Source: Eledone cirrhosa (lineage: Eukaryota). From it: a DNA stretch of 64,000 nt. Shown here piece by piece: positions 1 through 64,000 of this stretch. The position numbers and the translations under genes were made by a program. Location of the stretch: NCBI GenBank assembly GCA_964016885.1, contig OZ024760.1:15500001-15564000 (forward strand), in the 5' to 3' direction. Each line of letters begins with the position of its first letter. The first letter of the stretch is position 1. The notes beneath the pieces were generated by a model that saw nothing but the letters and a program-made list of their open reading frames with translations, did not search any database and was not told where the DNA came from.

Positions 1-31
1 GCGCATTGCCTGGAGACTTAACTGAGAATAG

Positions 32-113
32 ACTCCCTGATGACGCAATGAATTTTCGACAGTTGGATTACGTAACTGTCTTTATCCCATTGCAGAAACT
101 AATTAGTTGGAGT
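32..113 (+). ncRNA. Type I hammerhead ribozyme motif with extended stem II
   Basis: actcc-CTGATGA-(gcaatg..gacagtt/aactgtc..cattgc)-GAAA-ctaatta-GTT-ggagt. Confidence 0.75.
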
Positions 114-185
114 GAAAATTTAAGTAAGTAAAAAATTTTTTAAAAAAATTTTTTAAAAAAGATATTTTCTTATTTTACGTCTTTT

Positions 186-245
<60 letters not shown>

Positions 246-474
246 GTATATATATATCCAGGGAGTGTAACGCGAAGTTACTGTAGGTTCCCCCAGGTGA
301 ACACTCGATGTTTAGGTTCACGTCAGAGGCGAGGTGTAGAGCTAGACAGAGATCCGACGAGTTTCTGATTCCAGAGTCGAGCCAGATTGATACATATCGA
401 ACCATGAGCTGATCAGTGGCGAAACGCGCGTCACCAACCAATAAACGTTATGAAGGAGTAACCATTCGTCCTTG

Positions 475-521
<47 letters not shown>

Positions 522-598
522 TTTATCCCGGGTTCAATCGGGGGTAACCACAGTAAGTAAGGTACTCAATACATAGCAGAGTATAAATATTTAATATA

Positions 599-649
599 GG
601 CTTCCTGATGATTTCTCCCGAATGAAACAGTTCTAGCCCTGTAGAAGCC
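599..649 (+). ncRNA. Type I hammerhead ribozyme motif (family A)
   Basis: ggcttc-CTGATGA-tttctcccgaat-GAAA-cag..ct-GTA-gaagcc. Confidence 0.8.
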
Positions 650-659
650 ATTTCTATAT

Positions 660-714
<55 letters not shown>

Positions 715-846
715 TCCATATAGCTTTAAATTTTGGCGTAGAAACCGAATAGTACTTATCCCGTCCCCAAGACAAATGATTGTGTATTAGTTATGTACTA
801 GTTATGTGGTAGTTTAAAAGTACACTAGTTTAAAATTAGGACTTAC

Positions 847-964
847 CCTCACTGGATTTGTTCTTCTTAAAAGTAAGAACGACCTCTCGGCCCGACTCTA
901 AGGCTAATCGGCCGTTTTCGTCCTCAGACAGTTTTAAGTCCGTAATTAAATTCATCTCCACCCG
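847..964 (-). CDS. Probable exon of a neighbouring gene running off the window start; product unknown
   Basis: ttcttacttcag|..|gtaagt; open frame RVEMNLITDLKLSEDENGRLALESGREVVLTFKKNKSSE; unique, non-repeat sequence. Confidence 0.55.
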
Positions 965-1104
965 CTGAAGTAAGAACGACGGAAGCTCTCTTAACCTTTA
1001 GCGTCCTGATTGCATTTAGTTATTTATCGAACCATAACTGGATCTATGTTGTGTATTTATCTAGTAGAAGAAAGAAGTAGAAAAGAAGGAATGAAAATAC
1101 AGAA

Positions 1105-1154
<50 letters not shown>

Positions 1155-1196
1155 AATAATAAATGTGAAGACTAAAATCCGAAGAAGGCTCGATAA

Positions 1197-1291
<95 letters not shown>

Positions 1292-1335
1292 AATAATAAA
1301 TGTGAAGACTAAAATCCGAAGAAGGCTCGATAAGG

Positions 1336-1431
<96 letters not shown>

Positions 1432-1488
1432 AATAATAAATGTGAAGACTAAAATCCGAAGAAGGCTCGATAAGGATTATATATATAT

Positions 1489-1566
<78 letters not shown>

Positions 1567-2333
1567 GTGTGTGTGCGTTAGGTAATTCCGAAGGAAAAGC
1601 AAAGGAAAAAAGAGTGCTCTATGTATAGAACAGAGCTATTTAATTAGAAAGTGAACAAGACAAAATATAACTACTCCATTACCAAAGGTTTCTGGATCCC
1701 AGACGATATTAACATGTCTGGATCGTATGTAGAAAACATCTCTGTCTGACGACATATATATAAACCCGTAGAGTAAATATTTATTGTGTGACCAGATTAA
1801 AGTTTAAGTAAAGAATCCATTGATTCTTTAATCTGTACATATAATATAATATATATATATACACACACACACTGCATTTGTTAGATTTATACAATAGTGA
1901 GAGCGGTGAGCTGTGAGAGAAACCTACACTGATCGAAACTTAAAATATCTTACAAAAAACACGCAAAAGAAAATTATTCCCATAAATACGAAACCACAAA
2001 CCTGCAATTAACCACAAAGCATGCTAGAGGCCGCCAACGTAATATATAAATTCCAGCATGAACATGAAAATTGTCAACTTTGCGACTCCAAACTACTACA
2101 ACAGACGCACAACTACGACACTTTCTCGTCGATTAACTATGCACTTACAACAAAGGTTGTACAATATAACACACAACATAAAAACAATACCAGATTGAAA
2201 AAAATAATTTTAGTCAATAACATTAATACAATATAGATAGAATTCTGTTGGAATAACTGAGAAAAATATATGTAAATGGAGGGGGGGGCATTGGTTACGT
2301 TGGCGATAGATAAGAAATTAGGGCAGAAGAGAC

Positions 2334-2415
<82 letters not shown>

Positions 2416-3358
2416 GTCAGTGTATTCGACCTTTTCTTCAAGTCAAGATGACAAATTGGGATCTAAGGGAGATTTTGGCTGCTATTACTAGCAGGTTGAA
2501 TTTCGACCACGTGGAGGCCCTCGTTGTCTGTTGTTAGGCAGATAAGGTAGACTATTTATAACACTAAACTACAAGCCCTCGTTTGTCAGTTTCTACTAAT
2601 GAATTCGGGTATGCCTGTCTGTGTGTGTGTTTGTGTATTATATATATACTCATACAAATATACTCAAACACATATATACACGCATATAAATACTTACACA
2701 CATACATACATACATGCATATAAATACATACACACATATAAATACACACACACATATAAATACATACACACATAAATACTTACACACATACATATATGCA
2801 TACATATAAATACATACACACATACATGCATATATGACATACATATTTGTATATTATTCTATGTACTATACATGCACCTTTGACGAGTTGTAGTGCACCT
2901 GAGCACTGTACACAATAATTTCATTATTATACATACATACATGAATGCATACACACATGATATACACGTATGCATAGACAGAGTGTGTGAAAGAACTTGA
3001 ATGACGAGTGGGTGAGAAAAAACCCTTAAGTTATTCCTTGACCTGGTAGAAACCGCACTTAAATTCTCTTGAACTTTTACCTAATTGTCTTCTAGAAAGG
3101 TAAAAAAAAAACAGACAGAGATAACATATTCTAAAATAACAATACATCGTATGATTGACTGCGCATGTGCCATGGGCACCACATGAAGAGGGCACCATTC
3201 GGACTAAGGGGACTTACTATTAAAGTCAGATAAGCTATCGCCAGAGAGTGAAAAAAGAAACTCCTTCAAATGTATGATCTGTCTGTGATTATCATGGCTG
3301 AGAAATAAAATGGTGGCTGAATCATTCAACCATTTATATAAATTATTTGGTCCATAAA

Positions 3359-3575
3359 GGGTGGTGGATTGGCAGTATCGGTAGAGGGCCGGACACCATG
3401 CTTTGCAGCATAGAGTTATGGCCCTTTACGTTCTGAGTTCAAATCCCGCCGAGGTTAACTTTGCCTTTCATCCTTATAGGGTCAACAAAATAAAGTACCA
3501 GTAACGTACTGGGGTCGATGTAATCGACTCCCCCCCCCCCCCCAAATTACTGGCCTTGTGCCTATACTAGAAATC
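3359..3575 (+). mobile_element. tRNA-derived SINE family 1 (many copies, e.g. 9370-9587, 10590-10883, 19474-19660, 21445-21620, 28310-28725, 31085-31265, 35835-36020, 45310-45485, 51530-52490)
   Basis: A box TGGCAGTATCGG, B box GAGTTCAAATCC, conserved GCCTTTCATCCTTACGGGGTCGATAAAATAAAGTACCAG body, (AAT)n tail. Confidence 0.85.
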
Positions 3576-4308
3576 ATAAATTATTAGCCCCACAGGTAAA
3601 AATACAGTGCTGGGCAGGGGCGCAATGTCACTGCCTGCCATAGGGGCTACTCTCTTTAGTTATGCCTCTGTACGTTAGGGTTGTGGTTAGGATTCGTTAA
3701 AGGTTTATATGCAAGTGGCTGAGCATTCCACAAGCATGTGTATTATAGTGTAAGTATTCCAGAGATTCGTGTACATTTAAAGCAATTCTCAGGGAGATTC
3801 GTAGTGACACTGTACTGGAGCAACGCGAAATAAAGTGTCATGGTTCAAAGACATAATGTGTTATTGGGTTGGTGATATCCTTCCGAGGTCGATAAAATAA
3901 AGTACCAGTCGTGTACTGGGGTCCACGTTGGTCATATGACAAAATTAGAAATCATTTAAGGTCGATGGATTGGCAGAATTGGTAGAGCGTCGAATAACAT
4001 GCTTTGCAGCATAGAGTTACGACCCTTTAAGTTCTGAGTTCAAATCCCGTTCAGGTTAGCATTGCCTGTATGTGTGTGTGTGTATTGATGTGTATGTGTA
4101 TGCATGTATGTATGTATATGTGTGTGTGTATGTATGTTTGTATTGATATGTGTATGTATGTTTGTATTGATATGTGTGTTTGTATTGATGTATGTGTGTA
4201 TGTATGTTTGTATTGTATGTATGTGTATGTATTGATGTGTGTGTGTGTATGTTTGTATTGATGTATGTGTATGTATTGATGTGTGTGTGTATGTATGTTT
4301 GTATTGTA

Positions 4309-4342
<34 letters not shown>

Positions 4343-4623
4343 TGTATTGATGTATGTGTTTGTATTGATGCGTGTGTGTGTATGTATTGATGTGTGTGTG
4401 TGTGTGTATGTATGTTTGTATTGATGTGTGTGTGTGTATGTATGTTTGTATTGATGTGTGTGTGTGTATTGATGTGTATATATTGATGTGTGTGTGTGTG
4501 TGTGTATGTATGTATTGATGTGTGTATAGTATTTATTTATCTATATGAAAATGTGCAAGCCCAAACACTGGAAATTACAGTAATAAGAACCGCGTGCTCT
4601 AGATAATAATACATTGATATACC

Positions 4624-4682
<59 letters not shown>

Positions 4683-5003
4683 ACAGATTTAAGTTTAAGA
4701 AAAGAATGGCTGCTTTCACCCTTAATGGGATCTTATAATAAATATTTGCTTTACGGGGTTATAAATATAAATATAAATAAATATATATATATATATATAG
4801 TATTAGTTATACTATTTATGGTTATGTAAACACAAAACCTTAAGCAGTTGTAAGTATTTTACACACACCCTAAATAGTGGTAGGCAGTAATGTATTACTA
4901 CCTTATTACCAGTAAGTTAAGTAGCTCAATGTAAAAACATCAGATGATTTACAGAGCAGTTATATGAAATATAAGAATCAAAGAACTGTTCAAAACATTA
5001 TTG

Positions 5004-5050
5004 TGCTTACAGCTGTTTCCTCCAAACCGAGGTTTGGATTCTTCGGAGCA
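5004..5050 (-). ncRNA. Hammerhead ribozyme motif with CCGAAGA core variant
   Basis: tgct-CCGAAGA-atccaaac ctcg gtttggag-GAAA-cagct-GTA-agca. Confidence 0.65.
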
Positions 5051-5366
5051 ATTTATTAATGCATGGACAGTTATATGACCTCCTTTTCAGCCGAGAGACA
5101 TACCAATACATATTCAAACATTGATACATATTCAAACATTGTGGGTCAACATTCATTACAGAATTTAGAGTGGCAGTACACACTTCGAGATTACATTTAT
5201 ATTAATAGGTACAATCAAAAATCAAAGATATAGGTTAAAGTACAACATGAAGATAAGTGGTTATATAGTGCAAATGTTATATGTGTGGCACGCATGTGCG
5301 TCTTGTTTATATAGTGTGGCAGAGAGATATGTGTGGTAGAGGCACTTAGGTAGGTAAATAAGAGTG

Positions 5367-5418
<52 letters not shown>

Positions 5419-5615
5419 CGAAGGAAATGTGGTAAGGAACCAGGTGGACCATAACGCACCAAAGTACTCCATACTTAGGGTAGTAGAGTGGGTAATAGGA
5501 ACGAGTAGGACCCCGACGGCTGAGCTCAAACCGTTTCGACGGCTAATTCTGGACTACTTAGTCCAGAATTAGCCGTCGAAACGGCTTGAGCTCAGCCGTC
5601 GGGGTCCTACTCGTT

Positions 5616-5652
<37 letters not shown>

Positions 5653-5777
5653 AGTATAGAAGTTATTGTAGCAAGAAGCCAACAGTATTCCATAATATAT
5701 ATATATATATATATAATCCTTATTGAGCCCTCTTCGGATTTTAGTCTTCACGTTCATATATACATATATATATATAA

Positions 5778-5843
<66 letters not shown>

Positions 5844-6050
5844 TGTCTGTGTGTCTTGACAAACGCTAATAGCAAGAGAAAAATCTATCTTACTCTCTTA
5901 CCTGGAACTCCGTAAGAAATAACGCCAAGTTCCGAGACAGACAGACAGGTGGGGGTGGGGGGGGGCTTACATTTAGGATCACAGTAGATCCCCAAGCTAC
6001 ATCTCAATATATATATAATTAGAAAGTGAACAACACAAAATATAACTACT

Positions 6051-6114
6051 CCATTACCAAAGGTTTCAGGATCCCAGATGATAATAATATACGTCTGGAT
6101 CGGTCATCAGACAT
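6051..6114 (-). ncRNA. Hammerhead ribozyme motif, weak stem I
   Basis: atgt-CTGATGA-ccgatccaga..tctgggatcct-GAAA-cctttg-GTA-atgg. Confidence 0.6.
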
Positions 6115-6272
6115 ATATTAAAATTGTCTGTGATCCTGAAACCTTTGGTAATGGAGTAGTTATATTTTGTGTTGTTCACTTTCTAATTAAATAGCTCTGT
6201 TCTATACATAGAGCACTCTTTTTTTTCCTTAGCTTTTCATTCGGAATTACCTAACACACACACACTCACACA

Positions 6273-6337
<65 letters not shown>

Positions 6338-6605
6338 GGAAAGAGAGCGAGTTAACAAGACAGGTAGCTCAGCAAGGACCGGATTAGACAGACAGGTGAA
6401 CGTGGAGAAAGTTGATAGGGAAAGTCTTAAGGATATATTAGATCTATATATATATATATATATAACAAGTATACCAATATATATACACTCTCGCTATATA
6501 TATATATATATATATTGAAGTAAAAGTTAAGTGGAAATGTCCAAAAGTAAGAGTACTCAGTCCATAGGACGAGTTTAGTATAAATAATTACAACAGTGAC
6601 ATAAA

Positions 6606-6653
6606 CAGGTCCTCGAGTTTCGTTGGGTTCTGGGACCCAACTCATTCAGCCTG
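6606..6653 (-). ncRNA. Degenerate hammerhead motif
   Basis: cagg-CTGAaTGA-gttggg..cccaac-GAAA-ctcga-GGA-cctg; core has an extra base and the cleavage triplet is mutated. Confidence 0.55.
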
Positions 6654-6663
6654 CTATGAGAAA

Positions 6664-6701
<38 letters not shown>

Positions 6702-6860
6702 ACGGGGAGAAAAAGACGATTATCAGGAAGAAAAATATATATTTTTTCCCTTTTTATTTCTTTCTCTCTTTTTTCTGGGTTAGAAAATGATTAAAACTAA
6801 ATATTTAACGTGTTAAGGTATTAGTTGATTTATTTAGTAATTAACAATGGCATTCATTTG

Positions 6861-6977
<117 letters not shown>

Positions 6978-8734
6978 CACTCACACACGAAAGTTTAAAC
7001 TAGACAGGCGGGAGCAGGTATAAAATTGGAGACAAACCTGAGACAACAGACAGCTGGAACAGACTCTGGTTAGCAGAGACAACTTAGTGGTAGTAGTATT
7101 GGTGGTGGTGCTTATTGTAGTAGTAGTATCAGTGGTGGTGGTAGTAATATCAATGGTGGTGGTAGTAGTAATATTAGTAATGGTGGTAGTAGTAGTAATA
7201 TCAGTGTTCGTAGTAATAGTAGCAGCAGCAGCTCAATATATTGACGTTATCTGAAGTGGTATGGCTGGTTTAGTCACGTATTGTTTCTTTTCATTCCTTA
7301 AGTTCTGCCTTTCTTTTTATCTCTCTCTCCCTTTCCCCCTTTATATATCTCTCTCTCTCTCTCCCTTTCCCCCTTTATCTCTCTCTCTCTCTCCCTTTCC
7401 CCCTTTATCTCTCTCTCTCTCCCTTTCCCCCTTTATCTATCTATCTATCTCTCCCTTACAACCTATCTATCTGTTCCCTCCCTATCTCTCTCTCTCTTAC
7501 AACCTATCTATGGGTTTCTCTCCCCCTCCCCCTCTCTCTCCCCTCTCCCTCCCTATCTCCCCCCCATCTCCCCCTCCCTATCTCTCCCCCCATCTCCCTC
7601 TCTCTTCCCTCTCCCCACCCACCTTCCCACTGAATAAATACCTGTCCCTAGGTAACAAGTCCAACAACAATATTTACAGAGACCAAGTAAAGAAAAAAAA
7701 GTCAGTAAAGAAAAAAAGAAAAAAAAATCTTTTGTAATGGGAGATTACTCGCATCTACAAAGAATTTATAAAAATGATTTGAGAAGTGCTCTCCCTTTAA
7801 CCTATTAAGCGAAATAGACAGGGTTTTTGTGGTTACCTTCTCTGTATATCTATGTAACAGTGTCTGGCTGTTTGTCTATTTATCTATCAATCTGTTTATC
7901 TACTGTCTGTCTGTCTGTCTGTTTCTCTCTCTGTCTCTGACTCTCTCTCTGTCTCTCTCTCTCATCTCTCTCATCTCTCTCTCTTCTCTCTCTCTCTCTC
8001 TCTCTCACTCTCTCTCATATCTCTCTCTCTCATCTCTCTCTCTCTCATCTCTCTCTCTCATCTGAAATGGCTATCATAGGATAGTCTGGTAGAACAGGTC
8101 ACCTCTAGAGTCTCTGATATGTCTAGGAAGGGCATCCAGCCAGAAACTCTCCTATATGAGAGACCTGGTCACCTGGGACAAATCCGTCTAACCCATGCCC
8201 GCGTGGAAGATGGACCTTAAACGATGATGATATATTTATATATGATGAACTTATTAACTAGTTCATTTGATTATACATATTTGTATAAACTTCAGTAATA
8301 TGCCTATAATAGGTCATAGCGTTAATGTTAGGGTCATAGCGTTAATGTTAGGGTCATCTTTACAGGTAGGAAACGGTGAAAAAAGAAAAAAAAGAATCAG
8401 TTTATTTTTGTTATAGAAAATAGCAAAATTCAAAAGGAGTTTTATTTCAGGTTGGTTGTAAAATAAATATAATACATATATTACAGAATTGTGTTTATTG
8501 TTCATGACATAAGTGACCAAAAGATGAACAGATTCATCAAACATTAAGCATATTTTTCGCCATTAAGCTTTAAAAAGTTTTGTGTGTATCCAGTTCAAAA
8601 TATATACACCATATCTCTGTAGGAAAACTAACTATAAAAAACTTCTTATATATATATATATATATTGATAAACCATGCCAGCATGGTAAAGAAAAATGGA
8701 TGTTAAATGATGATATACATGTGTATGTATGTAT

Positions 8735-9070
8735 AGGGAGAGATGACCCCTTAGCCTTTGTCGAGAAGGAAAACTCTGATATAACACCTGCAACCCTGAT
8801 AGTATCCAATGATGTTGACTTGTTCTTCTTTTTGGTAAATATCATCTTGGTTAAGAGAGTGGGACTGGCTTTGTGCAGTGCCTTTGCTCACTATAAAAGC
8901 TTCATGGAACAGGCATTGCTTTATATCTGGAGATCTCTCTGCACTTGTCGTCACATGGTACCAAGGCCCCAGCACTGTGTCAATAATTGTCACAAGTCTA
9001 GTGCTACTAGGGGTTCTCCTACATGGATATAAAGTAGTGGCCGTAGTCGAAAACGAGTTGGCAGCCACCA
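8735..9070. repeat. Interspersed repeat; near-identical inverted, internally deleted copy at ~57325-57555
   Basis: Direct comparison: both run gggagagatgacccc...aaaacgagttggcagcca. Confidence 0.85.
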
Positions 9071-9287
9071 TGTATATAAATATATTTTTCAATATGTATG
9101 TATATATGTATATATTTGTATATATGTGTGTGTGTATGTATAAATGTGTGTGTATATAAAATATATAGTGGTTGTTGTTGAGGTTATTCTTCTAGTTGCT
9201 GTGGTTGTTGTAGTCCTTCTTCTTGTTGTTGCACAAACTAATACATATAGAGTATAGAGCTCTAATGCAGAATGTTGATTTATTTTC

Positions 9288-63445
<54,158 letters not shown>

Positions 63446-63734
63446 CTGAAATATGAGAAAACAGTCTAATCAAACATCTAGGTTATATCAATTTGTATGT
63501 GTCTGTGTTTGTGTGTGTCTGTGTCTGTCTGTGTGTGCCTGTATTTGTGTGTTTGTGTGTGAGTGTGTCTGTATTTGTGTGTCTCTGTGTTTGTGTGTCT
63601 CTGTGTTTGTGTGTCTGTGTGTTTGTGTGTCTGTGTGTTTGTGTGTCTGTGTGTTTGTGTGTGTTTGTGTCTGTATTCATTAAATTAAAATCGCCAATTA
63701 ACTTAAAATCAGAGATTATCGTGAACTGCAGCCA

Positions 63735-63794
<60 letters not shown>

Positions 63795-64000
63795 GGTATA
63801 CAAGGAGGCAATTCACTTCTAGCGCTCAACGCCATAATACTTCCAAAGAATAGGGATGACGGAGTATATTAATAAAGATGAAAATGCAAAGTTGAAGGTG
63901 TTAGAGTCCTTTATTAATTGAGCTGTTATATATATTTCAATGACAATAAACATCGTGATCTCTGCAGACAGAAAAAATTGATTAAAAGGTAACATTTCTG

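Noticed and set aside
6990-7080. TATAAAA plus E-box-like CAGCTG/CAGGT motifs as a promoter
   Set aside because: Short motifs expected by chance; no downstream plus-strand exon found
8580-9092. 150-aa and 113-aa ORFs
   Set aside because: They lie in an interspersed repeat with a second copy at ~57325-57555 and have no recognisable motifs
63820-63961. Possible upstream GPCR exon after a ctgcag acceptor
   Set aside because: No donor in the phase needed to join exon 1, and the only open frame reaches a stop

Overview
AT-rich, microsatellite-saturated eukaryotic DNA; the repeat landscape resembles an octopus/cephalopod genome (inference). The ORF track is almost entirely repeat artefact. Splicing by hand on the minus strand gives one large gene: 32 GT-AG exons with continuous reading phase from 63445 down to 9288, about 1054 codons, 5' end outside the window. 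It encodes an adhesion GPCR with the architecture SEA-Ig-Ig-HRM-GAIN/GPS-7TM and a tail built from mini-exons. A probable exon of a second minus-strand gene lies at 847-964. Introns hold an RTE LINE, L1/Tx1, Penelope and Helitron fragments, two tRNA-derived SINE families, hAT/piggyBac/Tc1-pogo MITEs and several minisatellites. The most striking non-coding signal is about 15 type I hammerhead ribozyme motifs from several sequence families, on both strands. Most sit next to (TA)n tracts and inside fold-back inverted repeats, and five are in the sense orientation of the GPCR pre-mRNA. All calls were made by eye; no searches or folding programs were run.
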